From: Gammaproteobacteria bacterium
Lineage (GTDB): Bacteria > Pseudomonadota > Gammaproteobacteria > HK1
Direction: 5' to 3'
DNA: 58,122 nucleotides
Assembly: GCA_047514485.1 (NCBI GenBank)
Contig: JAKZYK010000057.1
Span: forward strand, 1 to 58,122
Part shown: positions 1 to 9,161 of the stretch, one piece after another
Layout: each line of letters begins with the position of its first letter
How positions within the stretch are numbered: position 1 is the first letter of the stretch
The notes under the pieces: model-generated
Told to the model about the DNA's origin: nothing
Databases searched by the model: none
The model's input: only the letters and a program-made list of their open reading frames with translations
Made by a program: the position numbers and the translations under genes

Positions 1-884
1 ACCACGAGCGCCGACAGGCCGAGGCCGCGGCCCATGAAGCGGGGCTCGAGGATGCTGCCGGCGACGATGTTCACGACGAGGTAGCCCGCGGCCGACCATA
101 GGGCCGCGCCCGGCCCGAGCTGGACCGCCGCAAACAGCACCACCGGCACCGCGGCGATGATCGAGCCGATGTTGGGGACGTAGTTCAGCAGGAACGCAAG
201 CAGCCCCCAGAGCACCGGGTAGTCGACGCCGAGCACCGCGAGCCACAGCCCGATCGCGACTCCCGTCCCGAGACTCGCGACAGTCTTGATCACGAGGTAG
301 CGTTTCATGTTCTCGCGGAAGATCGCGAACCGGTCGAGGGCATGGTCGGGATCGCCGGCGACGGCCCGGAATTTGCGCGGGAAGCTCGACGTCTCGAACA
401 AGATGAACACGACGGTGAGAAAGATCAGGAACGCATTGGCGAGCACCCCGCCGAATCCGTTGAGCAGGTCGGCGACGAGCTGGATCGCCGCGCCCGGCTC
501 GAAGTAGCTCATGTACTCGCCGGTCGGGATGCTGATGCCTTTCGCGCCGAGCCACTCGATGAGAGGGACGGCTTGCGCGTTGATACGGGCCTTGTACTCG
601 GGGAGGTCCCGGGAGAACTCCCGGATCGACGTCCCGACGAGTGCCGTCACCCCGACGCCCACCGCTATAATGACGCCGATGACGATGAGCATGGCGAGCC
701 AGCGGGGCAGTCCCTTGCGTTCCAGCCAGAACAGAGGCGGTGCGCTGATGATCGCGATAAAGGCCGAGAGCAGGAACGGCACCACGATCGATTCGGCCGC
801 CCGCATGCCCGCCACCACCACCACGAATGCCGCCGCGGTGAACAGCATCGACGACGCGTTCGATCTCCGCGCAATCCCGTTCAT
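1..884 (-). CDS. AI-2E family transporter (partial, runs off left edge)
   Basis: Not in ORF track because it is open at the edge. Hand translation from ATG at 884: MNGIARRSNASSMLFTAAAFVVVVAGMRAAESIVVPFLLSAFIAII...LWGLLAFLLNYVPNIGS...LEPRFMGRGLGLS. Hydrophobic, with the AI-2E signatures NYVPNIG and EPRFMG. Confidence 0.9.
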   Translation of the reverse strand, partial: MNGIARRSNASSMLFTAAAFVVVVAGMRAAESIVVPFLLSAFIAIISAPPLFWLERKGLPRWLAMLIVIGVIIAVGVGVTALVGTSIREFSRDLPEYKARINAQAVPLIEWLGAKGISIPTGEYMSYFEPGAAIQLVADLLNGFGGVLANAFLIFLTVVFILFETSSFPRKFRAVAGDPDHALDRFAIFRENMKRYLVIKTVASLGTGVAIGLWLAVLGVDYPVLWGLLAFLLNYVPNIGSIIAAVPVVLFAAVQLGPGAALWSAAGYLVVNIVAGSILEPRFMGRGLGLSALV

Positions 885-918
885 ATCCGCCCTTTGACCC
901 TCACGCCTGGCGCACCCA

Positions 919-2910
919 GTGTATCCCGCATCGCACGACCTTCCGACAATCGCGCTCGCGCAGATGGAGGTGCGCGCCGGAAGGCCGGATCTCAACGTCG
1001 AGTCGATGCTCGGGTTCATCGAACGGGCGCGCGAGGCGGGGGCGGCGATTGTCGCGTTCCCGGAGATGTGCATCCCGGGCTATATCCTGGGCGATACCTG
1101 GGAGATCGAGGCGTTCGTCGAAGACTACGAGAGCTGGAGCACCGCGATCCGCGACGCGAGCCGCAGGATCGCAGTCGTGTTCGGCAACGTCGCGATCGAT
1201 CGCCGGGCAATCGGCGAGGACGGCCGGGTAAGGAAGCTCAACGCGGTGTGGGTCTGCTACGACGGGAGGTTCGTTGAGCGCGCGGGCCTTCCCGCATCCC
1301 TTCCGTACGGCGTACAGCCGAAGACGCTGCACCCGAACTATCGGTTCTTCGACGATGATCGACACTTCTATTCGCTACGCAAGATCGCCGGCGAGACCGA
1401 CACTCGCGTCTCTGACTGGATGATTCCCTACGAGATCCCGACCGAGCGCGGCGCCGTCAGGCTCGGGGTGCAGCTTTGCGAAGACATCTGGCACCAGGAC
1501 TATCGCGATCGTCACGAGGCGCTCGATACGCTGCGTGCATGGCATCGGGCAGGCGCCGACCTCGTGATCAACCTGTCCGCATCGCCGTGGACCTGGCAGA
1601 AGAACGACAAGCGCAACCGCGTGGTGCGCGAGGCGATGGCCCGTTCGCCGGTGCCGTTCTTCTACGTCAATCAGGTCGGCGCCCAGAACAACGGAAAGAA
1701 CATCCTCGTGTTCGATGGGGATTCGTGCGGTTACCGCACCGACGGCTCGCTCGCGGGCCGGGCGCCGCCGTGGCGCGAGGCGATGCTCGTGCTCGACGGG
1801 CGCACCGCACTCGCGCCGGACGAGATGGAAATCGCCCCGGACAAAGCAGAGAGCGCGCCGGATCAGGCACGGACCGCGTCGGGCCGAACGCAGATCGCCC
1901 CGGCTCAGACTGAGGTCGAAGCGATCCACGATGCGATCGTTGCCGGACTCCGGCACCTCGATCACCTTCGCGGGCGCGGCAATCGCTATCTCATCGGCGT
2001 GAGCGGCGGCATCGACTCGAGCGTCGTCGCGTGCATGCTCCGGGTCGCGTTCGGGCCGGAGCGCGTCTTCGCCGTCAACATGCCGACGCGGTTCAACGCC
2101 GGCGTCACCCGCGAGAATGCGCGCTCACTGTGCGAGGCGCTCGCGATCGACTACCTGAGCTGCCCGATCGAGGACCTCTACCGCGCGCTGTCCGCCCGGA
2201 TCCGTGACGTCGAGTTCGAGCACGAGCGCGGAACGTATACCCGGCTCGTGGACGAGAACATCCAGGCCCGGATCCGGGGCTCCGACATGCTCGCGGGGAT
2301 CGCCTCGAAATGCGGTCTCATCTTCACCAACAACGGCAACAAGACCGAGGTCGCGCTCGGTTACGCGACCCTCTACGGCGACGTCAACGGCGCGGTGGCG
2401 CCGATCGCGGATCTCTACAAGACCCAGGTCTTCACGCTCGCACGGTACCTCAACGACACGGTGTTCCGGCGCGAGGTGATTCCCCGCAACCTCATCGACG
2501 GCGAGACGGTGCCGAGCGCGGAGCTCTCCGATGCCCAGGACGTCACCAGGGGGCTGGGCGATCCGATCAAGTATGGATACCACGATGCGCTGCTGCGCCA
2601 GCTCATCGAGTACCGGCGGCATCCTCTCGACCTCCTCGAGTGGTACCGAGCGGGTGAGCTGCTCGAACGCATCGGGTGGAACGACGAGGAGCGGTTTCGG
2701 GCGTACTTCCCCGAGCCCCGCTCCTTCGTCGATGATCTGGAGTGGATCGACGAGCAGGTGCGCATCAACTATTTCAAGCGCATCCAGGCGCCGCCGATCA
2801 TCGTGCTGAGCAAGCGCGCCTTCGGCTTCGACCTTCGCGAGAGTCAGCTTCCCGGTTATTCGCCGCGCGCCTACGAACGGGTGAAGCGGGCGTTGCTGGG
2901 CGCCAAATAG
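919..2910 (+). CDS. nadE: Glutamine-dependent NAD+ synthetase (nitrilase-like glutaminase domain + synthetase domain)
   Basis: Glutaminase triad context FPEM / PKTLHPNY / LCEDIW; synthetase motifs SGGIDS, ENIQARIRG, NKTE..GYATLYGD, PSAEL. Confidence 0.93.
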   Translation: MYPASHDLPTIALAQMEVRAGRPDLNVESMLGFIERAREAGAAIVAFPEMCIPGYILGDTWEIEAFVEDYESWSTAIRDASRRIAVVFGNVAIDRRAIGEDGRVRKLNAVWVCYDGRFVERAGLPASLPYGVQPKTLHPNYRFFDDDRHFYSLRKIAGETDTRVSDWMIPYEIPTERGAVRLGVQLCEDIWHQDYRDRHEALDTLRAWHRAGADLVINLSASPWTWQKNDKRNRVVREAMARSPVPFFYVNQVGAQNNGKNILVFDGDSCGYRTDGSLAGRAPPWREAMLVLDGRTALAPDEMEIAPDKAESAPDQARTASGRTQIAPAQTEVEAIHDAIVAGLRHLDHLRGRGNRYLIGVSGGIDSSVVACMLRVAFGPERVFAVNMPTRFNAGVTRENARSLCEALAIDYLSCPIEDLYRALSARIRDVEFEHERGTYTRLVDENIQARIRGSDMLAGIASKCGLIFTNNGNKTEVALGYATLYGDVNGAVAPIADLYKTQVFTLARYLNDTVFRREVIPRNLIDGETVPSAELSDAQDVTRGLGDPIKYGYHDALLRQLIEYRRHPLDLLEWYRAGELLERIGWNDEERFRAYFPEPRSFVDDLEWIDEQVRINYFKRIQAPPIIVLSKRAFGFDLRESQLPGYSPRAYERVKRALLGAK

Positions 2911-2975
2911 CCGAGTGCTCCTGTTCAGGCATCGCCACACGGCCGCTTGGGCGCCCAAGTACGGCTACCGATCGA

Positions 2976-3141
2976 TCGGCGCGGCAGGTGAACGAGATTC
3001 GATGAGTTGCCGGCGCCGGACCGGTTGCGGGCACACGGACATGAGGGTGCAACATGTCGGCGCGGCAGGTGAACCAGATTCGATGAGTTGCCGGCGCCGG
3101 ACGGACCGGTTGCGGGCCCACGGACATGAGGGTGCAACATG
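2976..3141 (+). repeat. Tandem direct duplication of an 81/85-bp unit (2976-3056, 3057-3141) ending in the gpmA RBS and ATG
   Basis: Both copies read TCGGCGCGGCAGGTGAAC.AGATTCGATGAGTTGCCGGCGCCGGA(CGGA)CCGGTTGCGGGC.CACGGACATGAGGGTGCAACATG. They differ by 2 substitutions and a 4-bp insertion. Confidence 0.95.
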
Positions 3142-3915
3142 AATGAGCTGGTGCTGCTGAGACACGGCGAGAGCGTCTGGAACCGGGAGAACCGGTTCAC
3201 GGGATGGACCGACGTCGATCTCAGCGCACGGGGCGCGGAGGAGGCGCGCCGGGCGGGCCACCTGATTGCGCAGGAGGGCCATGCGTTCGACGTCGCGTAC
3301 ACGTCGCTCCTCAAGCGCGCGATACGAACCCTGTGGTTCGTTCTCGACGAGATGGATCTGATGTGGATTCCGGTGCATCGGAGCTGGCGGCTGAATGAGC
3401 GGCATTACGGGGCCTTGCAGGGTCTCGACAAGGCGCAGACGGCCGCAGAGTTCGGGGACGCGCAGGTGCTCACATGGCGGCGCAGTTACTCGACTCCGCC
3501 GCCCGCGCTCGAGCCCGGCGACGACCGCCACCCACGCGGCGACCCGCGCTACGCCGCGCTGACCGACGATGAGCTGCCCTTGACGGAGTGTCTGCGCGAT
3601 ACCGTCGAGAGGTTTCTCCCATTCTGGCACAAGCGGCTCGTGCCAGAGCTCAAGGCCGGGAAGAGGATGCTGATCGCAGCGCACGGGAATTCGCTGCGGG
3701 CGTTGGTCAAGCACCTCGACGGCATGTCCGACGAGGACGTCGTCGGCTTGAACATCCCCACCGGAATTCCGCTCGTGTACCGCCTGGACGACCACTTGAA
3801 CGCAATCTCCCACGAGTACCTCGGCGATCCGGACGAGATCCGCCGCGCCGTGGAGTCGGTGGCGGCGCAGGGCAGGGCAGAGCGCCAAACGGGCAAGAGG
3901 AGGGCGAAGGAATGA
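3139..3915 (+). CDS. gpmA: 2,3-bisphosphoglycerate-dependent phosphoglycerate mutase
   Basis: [42 protein letters not shown]. Confidence 0.97.
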   Translation: MNELVLLRHGESVWNRENRFTGWTDVDLSARGAEEARRAGHLIAQEGHAFDVAYTSLLKRAIRTLWFVLDEMDLMWIPVHRSWRLNERHYGALQGLDKAQTAAEFGDAQVLTWRRSYSTPPPALEPGDDRHPRGDPRYAALTDDELPLTECLRDTVERFLPFWHKRLVPELKAGKRMLIAAHGNSLRALVKHLDGMSDEDVVGLNIPTGIPLVYRLDDHLNAISHEYLGDPDEIRRAVESVAAQGRAERQTGKRRAKE

Positions 3916-4268
3916 GCGGCGACGCGGTCCGATCGGAGGAGATCTCGTTCGACGACTTTCTGAAGGTGCAGATCATCACCGGCACGATCGTCGATGTCCG
4001 GGCCAACGCGAAGGCGCGCGTCCCTGCGTTCGTCATCGACATCGACTTCGGACCGCACGGACGCAAGACGAGCTCCGCCCAGCTCACCGGGAACTACACC
4101 CCCGACACGTTGAGAGGAAAGCAGATCGTCGCGGTCGCGAACTTCCCGCCAAAGCGTATCGCGGGGGTCAAATCGGAGGTGCTGATCCTGGGAGCGGTGT
4201 CCGAGACCCGCGGTGTCGTGCTGCTCGAGCCGACGTTCCCGGTTGAGAACGGCGCGCAGGTCGCATAG
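3912..4268 (+). CDS. csaA: CsaA-like tRNA-binding/chaperone protein (OB fold)
   Basis: ATG at 3912 overlaps gpmA stop; [45 protein letters not shown]. Confidence 0.88.
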   Translation: MSGDAVRSEEISFDDFLKVQIITGTIVDVRANAKARVPAFVIDIDFGPHGRKTSSAQLTGNYTPDTLRGKQIVAVANFPPKRIAGVKSEVLILGAVSETRGVVLLEPTFPVENGAQVA

Positions 4269-4434
4269 CCCGAAGCTCCGAGGTGCCTGCACCTCACCTG
4301 GAGGGTTCGCCTCCGGAAACGGTAGATGTCCCGCTTGGGGCCTTGGACTTTACGCCGCGCGTTTCAAAAGGCGGGGTGTGAAGCGGATGAGAGGACGGTG
4401 TAACGATTGGCGGTATCGCAGTACGGGCAGATGT

Positions 4435-5736
4435 TCAGCCGAGCCAGATCGAGATCTGGCGCAGATCGTCTTCGGAGAGGACGCCGGCCGCGCGTTTCAG
4501 GCGGAGCACGTCGAGGACGTAGCTGTACCGCGCCTCGGCGCGGTCACGGCGCGCGCGAAACAGGTCGCGCTGAGCGTCGAGCACGTCCACCGATGTCCGG
4601 GTCCCGACCTGAAATCCCGCCTCGATTGCCTCCGCGGCCGTCTCGCTCGATCGGACCGCCTGCTCGAGCGCAATCACTCGGGAAATGCCCGAGTTGACAC
4701 CAAGGTATGCGTCCCGCGTCTCGCGTTGCGCGCGGCGCCGCTCGCGTTCGAGCACATCGAGAGCCTGCTGATAGCGGTGCCGGCTCTCGCGGGTCCGCGA
4801 GAGGACGGATCCACCGGTATAGAGGGGCATGTTCAGCCGCAGGCCGATGCTCGCGTTCCTGGTATCGCCGTCTCTGGATGTACTGTCATTCAGTCCATAT
4901 GAACCGATGGCGTCGAGGGTGGGGGAGTTGCCGGCCTGGACTCGCTCGATCTCTCGGCGGGCCGTCTCCGTTTGATGCCCCGCCGCGAGCATGCGCAGGT
5001 TCTGACTGAGCGCGACTTCCGTCCACTTGTCGATGTCCGCCGGCTTGGGGGTCACCATCGGCATATCTCCGAGCGGCGCCAGCCTCTCCTGGTACTCGCC
5101 GCTCGTCTCGCGCAGCGCCTCGCGGGCGGTATCGAGCGCATTCTCCGCGGCGATGAGCTGGGCTCTCGCGAGATCGAATCCCGCCTTGGCCTCTTCGACG
5201 TCGGTGATCGCAATGAGTCCGACCTCGAACCGCTGCCGGCTCTGCTTGAGCTGCTGCTCGAATGCCTCCAGGGTCGCCTGCGCGAAGCTGAGCTCGTCTT
5301 CCGCCTCCAGCACCCGGAAATACCGCTCGGCGACGCGCACCATGAGATCCTGGCGCGCGGCAGCGTAGAGTGCATCGGCTCGCGCGATGCGGCTGCCGGC
5401 TTGATCGATCGCAATCCGGCGGTCACGGCGATAGATCGGTTGCGCGATGTTGAGGATGATGTTGTGGGATCGGTAATCGTCGGACCGTCGCCTCTCGTTC
5501 CATGCCGCGTCGGCCGACACGTTGACGTTCGGCAGGAGTCCTGCCAGCGCCTGCGGCCTGATCTCCTGGGCGGCGCGATTCTCCGCGCCGGTGGCGAGGT
5601 ATTCGGGATCGCTCGCCTGCGCGAGCTCGAAGACCTGGAGGAGGTTCTCGGCGGTCGCGGGCGCGGACATCGCCATCAGAAACGCACCGGCGCCGAGCGC
5701 CCTCGCCATGCGTCCGGTCACGCACGGAGTGCTCAC
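4435..5736 (-). CDS. tolC: TolC family outer membrane channel
   Basis: GTG at 5736 overlaps pcm stop; signal peptide then ENLLQVFELAQASDP, VAERYFRVL, RFEVGLIAITDV, GFQVGTRTSVDVLDA. Confidence 0.92.
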   Translation of the reverse strand: MSTPCVTGRMARALGAGAFLMAMSAPATAENLLQVFELAQASDPEYLATGAENRAAQEIRPQALAGLLPNVNVSADAAWNERRRSDDYRSHNIILNIAQPIYRRDRRIAIDQAGSRIARADALYAAARQDLMVRVAERYFRVLEAEDELSFAQATLEAFEQQLKQSRQRFEVGLIAITDVEEAKAGFDLARAQLIAAENALDTAREALRETSGEYQERLAPLGDMPMVTPKPADIDKWTEVALSQNLRMLAAGHQTETARREIERVQAGNSPTLDAIGSYGLNDSTSRDGDTRNASIGLRLNMPLYTGGSVLSRTRESRHRYQQALDVLERERRRAQRETRDAYLGVNSGISRVIALEQAVRSSETAAEAIEAGFQVGTRTSVDVLDAQRDLFRARRDRAEARYSYVLDVLRLKRAAGVLSEDDLRQISIWLG

Positions 5737-6386
5737 AGAACGAACCGTCTCGGCGCTTCGGCTCCCGCGAGCGGCGGCAACACCGTTTCGAACAAGCTCT
5801 CTCGGACCCATTCGCGTTCTCCCGTGCGTTGCACGAGCATCGCTTCCATCGCCGGGGCGGTCCCGGTGACGATGAAGAGGCGGCCGCCGATCGTGAGCTG
5901 CTTCTCGAACCACGGCTCCGGCACCGGCACCGAGCCGCCGACCGCGATCACGTCGTAGGGTGCGCCCGGCTCCCAACCACGACAGCCGTCGCCGACCTCC
6001 ACGGTTGCGTTTCCGACTCCATGGGTGGCGAGGTTCGCCCGGCCTCGCTCCGCAAGCATGGGCTTGCGCTCGATTCCGGTTACGTGGGCAGCGCACTGGG
6101 CGAGCAGATAGGTGAGAAATCCGCTTCCGGAGCCAATCTCGAGCACCCGTTCCTCGGGCTCGATCCTCAATGCCTGAAGGAGCCGGCCCTCGACCCTGGG
6201 AGGCAGCATCACTTCCCCGTCCCCGATGGGAACGGCGGTGTCGGCGTAGGCGAGGCGGCGGTACTCGCTCGGCACGAACGCGTCGCGGGGAGCCCGTTCC
6301 ATCAGGTCCAGCACGGCTCGATCGAGCACCTCCCATGGCCGGATCTGCTGCTCGACCATGTTGAAGCGTGCGCGCTCGAAGTTCAT
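5733..6386 (-). CDS. pcm: Protein-L-isoaspartate O-methyltransferase
   Basis: MNFERARFNMVEQQIRPW, VLEIGSGSG SAM motif; pcm-tolC pairing. Start could be 6386-6398. Confidence 0.9.
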   Translation of the reverse strand: MNFERARFNMVEQQIRPWEVLDRAVLDLMERAPRDAFVPSEYRRLAYADTAVPIGDGEVMLPPRVEGRLLQALRIEPEERVLEIGSGSGFLTYLLAQCAAHVTGIERKPMLAERGRANLATHGVGNATVEVGDGCRGWEPGAPYDVIAVGGSVPVPEPWFEKQLTIGGRLFIVTGTAPAMEAMLVQRTGEREWVRESLFETVLPPLAGAEAPRRFVL

Positions 6387-6480
6387 CACCGGTCTCACCT
6401 GTCGTGCGTACTCTGCTGACTAGTATACAGATTCCGATCGGATTCAAGTTGCATTGACCCGGATCGAGTGCGCATGGCGC

Positions 6481-8034
6481 TCAGGTACGCTCCGCATCGG
6501 CCGCCACCGGCAGCGGAGCGGCCCGAGAGTCTTCGGTGTCCGGCTCCGAATCGATGAGGTCGAACGGGTCCTCGCCCGAGTCGGCGGCTACGTTCGCGCC
6601 TCCGGATGGATCGGTGAAGCGATCGTTGAGGCGCTGCACGAACCGGTCCGCATCCGCGGCTACCTGCGCGATGCGCCGGCGCGCACCCCGGCTCCAGCCG
6701 GCCGGCGAACGGGTCATGATCGTCCGCCACGCGTTCGTGTTGTGGCTGAAGGCCCGGGCGACCCACGTCCGCGCGTCTTCGAGACCCGGGTCGCGAGCGA
6801 TGCGGCGTGCGATGAACCGGGCCGAGAGCTTGCGCATGAGGTAGTGCAGGTAACCGCCGCCGGCCGCTACGAGCACGGCCGCAAGAGCCATGAGCCAGGG
6901 CGTCGAGACGATGGAGTCGAACCACGGCGCGGAGAATTGAAACCCTGTCCAGTATCCCGCCGAGATGGTCCATGCCGCGAACGCGAGGACGAGCGCGGCG
7001 ATGATCACCGCGTCGAGCCAGAGCACCACCCGCTTCCACGACGCCTTTGCCGACGCGACCGCCGGCACGACTCGATGCTCGATCGCCTTCGCGGTCTTCT
7101 CGAGCACGCCGATGACGCGATAGACGCGTTCGATCTCGACTTGATGGATGCGCTCGTAGATCTCGGTGATGTCCTCCTCGCGTTTGGCTTCGAAGCGGTG
7201 CCGGAGCTTCGGATCGTCGATGGGCATCGCGGCGTCGGGGTTGTAGATGCTGTAGAACCGGCCGGCGGTGAGGCCGGCCTGAGCGAGCGCACGCTGCCAT
7301 GCCGCGAAGACGTCTTCGGGGTTGTCCTCGCGCGCCGCGTTGTCGATCTGGTTGAGTATGTAGAGAAACTTGTTCGAATCCGGCCGGTGGATGGTGTTCC
7401 CTACGAGATGACGCAGTGTGTCCTGCATCGCCCCCGGCTCAGGATGCCGCGCGTCGAAGAACACCAGCACCAAGTCGGACAGATCGATGATGTGGTCGGT
7501 GATGCGCAAGGTCGCGGTGCGCTGCGCATCGGCGTCGAATCCCGGTGAATCGATGAAGATCTTGCCTCGCAGCGCCTCGCTCCGGCAGGTCTTGAGCTGG
7601 AGATAGGCGTCGATCCGGCGCCCTTCGCCGGTGGCCACATTCTCGATGTCGCGGCTGACCTGGTAGAACGGGAAACGCGGGTCGGCGTCGAGCGCAAGCC
7701 CTGGCAGGGTGCGCGGCGTATCGTCGGTGCCGAAGCAGATCACCGTGAACTTGTCGTCAACGGCCTGGTTCCCGGACGCTTGGAGCCGAGTCTGCAAGAA
7801 GTAGTTGATAAAGGAGGATTTCCCCGATGAGAAGGTGCCGAGCACGGCAACCAGCGGCCACCACGGGACCTGGGTCGTGAACGATTCCTCGCGCGAGAGG
7901 ACTCCGAGCCGGTACGCCACCTTGTCGAGCTCGCGAAAGCTCTTCACGATGTCGAGGAGCAGGGGGTTCTCCTGCTCCAGATGTGCCTCGAGCGTAGAGA
8001 TGCGCTGCTCGATGGAGGAGGAAGCGGCTGGCAT
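6481..8034 (-). CDS. Dynamin/EHD-like P-loop NTPase with two predicted C-terminal TM helices
   Basis: G1 GTFSSGKSSFIN, G3 IDSPGFD, G4-like LNQID; hydrophobic stretches VVLWLDAVIIAALVLAFAAW and WLMALAAVLVAAGGGYLHY. Confidence 0.8.
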   Translation of the reverse strand: MPAASSSIEQRISTLEAHLEQENPLLLDIVKSFRELDKVAYRLGVLSREESFTTQVPWWPLVAVLGTFSSGKSSFINYFLQTRLQASGNQAVDDKFTVICFGTDDTPRTLPGLALDADPRFPFYQVSRDIENVATGEGRRIDAYLQLKTCRSEALRGKIFIDSPGFDADAQRTATLRITDHIIDLSDLVLVFFDARHPEPGAMQDTLRHLVGNTIHRPDSNKFLYILNQIDNAAREDNPEDVFAAWQRALAQAGLTAGRFYSIYNPDAAMPIDDPKLRHRFEAKREEDITEIYERIHQVEIERVYRVIGVLEKTAKAIEHRVVPAVASAKASWKRVVLWLDAVIIAALVLAFAAWTISAGYWTGFQFSAPWFDSIVSTPWLMALAAVLVAAGGGYLHYLMRKLSARFIARRIARDPGLEDARTWVARAFSHNTNAWRTIMTRSPAGWSRGARRRIAQVAADADRFVQRLNDRFTDPSGGANVAADSGEDPFDLIDSEPDTEDSRAAPLPVAADAERT

Positions 8035-8158
8035 GGCGAGCGCTCTTGGGGGGGAAGAGAGGTAGTCTATCACCCGCATCCCGAGCCAACGGGGTCTCTG
8101 CCTCGCAAGTCCGCCGCCGGTCGTTGCGTTGCCGGCGGCGGCCGCGGTGGAATTGGGC

Positions 8159-8644
8159 TCAGGCGCCGGGGCGGGTCCAGTCGCCGGACTTGCCGCCGCG
8201 TTTCTCGACGAGGCGGACCGACTCGATGGTCATCCCCCGATCCACCGCCTTGCACATGTCGTAGACCGTGAGCAGAGCCACCTGGGTCGCGGTGAGCGCC
8301 TCCATCTCGACCCCGGTCGGGCCGATCGTCTCGACGCGCGCGCGGCACTCCACGCTGTCGCGCGACTCGTCCGGCCACAGCTCGACTTCGACCCTGGTCA
8401 GGACGATCGGATGGCACAGGGGCACGAGGTCGGAGGTCCGTTTCGCGGCCATGATTCCCGCGAGCCGCGCTACCCCGATGACGTCGCCCTTGCGATGGCC
8501 CCCGGAGACGATGAGCCGCAGGGTGTCGGCCTGCATGCGGATGCCGCCCCGCGCGACCGCGATGCGATGGGTGGCGGGCTTCGCTGCGACGTCCACCATC
8601 CGGGCGTGGCCTTGCGCATCGAAATGGGTCAGCGTATCGCTCAT
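8159..8644 (-). CDS. moaC: Cyclic pyranopterin monophosphate synthase
   Basis: [48 protein letters not shown]. Confidence 0.96.
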   Translation of the reverse strand: MSDTLTHFDAQGHARMVDVAAKPATHRIAVARGGIRMQADTLRLIVSGGHRKGDVIGVARLAGIMAAKRTSDLVPLCHPIVLTRVEVELWPDESRDSVECRARVETIGPTGVEMEALTATQVALLTVYDMCKAVDRGMTIESVRLVEKRGGKSGDWTRPGA

Positions 8645-8808
8645 CGGGTGCGGGATGTGCCGGGCAAGCTCCTGGCCGGTGGCGCGGCCAGGCTCGCCGC
8701 CGGTGTTCGCCTGCTGCTCGTATCCATCGGTAAACGGTGGGTGGTAGTGTCTGCTCCCTGCCAAGCGGCGATAATACCAGTCTGGAACCATTCGACGGCG
8801 GGTCGCAG

Positions 8809-9042
8809 ATGACGATAACGGTCAGGTTCTTCGCGAGCCTGCGCGAATCGATGGACTGCCGGGAGGTCGAGGTTGACGCCGCCCACGCAGGAACCGCCGG
8901 GGACGCGTGGCGCCTCGCAACCGGGGGCCGGCCGATCCCCGACAATGTGCTCGTGGCCGTGAATCGCGAGTACACGCATGTCGGAGCATCGGTCCGGTCC
9001 GGCGACGAGGTCGCATTCTTTCCGCCGGTCACCGGCGGCTGA
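8809..9042 (+). CDS. moaD: Molybdopterin synthase sulfur carrier (MoaD/ThiS)
   Basis: [13 protein letters not shown]...[12 protein letters not shown] with C-terminal GG. Confidence 0.9.
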   Translation: MTITVRFFASLRESMDCREVEVDAAHAGTAGDAWRLATGGRPIPDNVLVAVNREYTHVGASVRSGDEVAFFPPVTGG

Positions 9043-9161
9043 GCGGCGGCTGCGCAGGACGTGATCCCGGCGTTCGTACTCAGGCGCAAAGAACGCACGA
9101 GCGATGCCGCCGCGCCGCGCGGTTGGCGATCGGGTATTCAGAGGCATGAGCGGAGTAGGCC

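Noticed and set aside
2946-2959. Perfect 14-bp palindrome CTTGGGCGCCCAAG after nadE
   Set aside because: Single occurrence, no U-tract, no regulator assignable.
2976-3141. CRISPR interpretation of the gpmA-leader or grpE repeats
   Set aside because: Head-to-tail repeats without unique spacers, and no cas genes.
5737-6447. Apparent 670-aa TolC with a long N-terminal extension
   Set aside because: The extension overlaps pcm in another frame; the signal peptide begins near 5736/5709.
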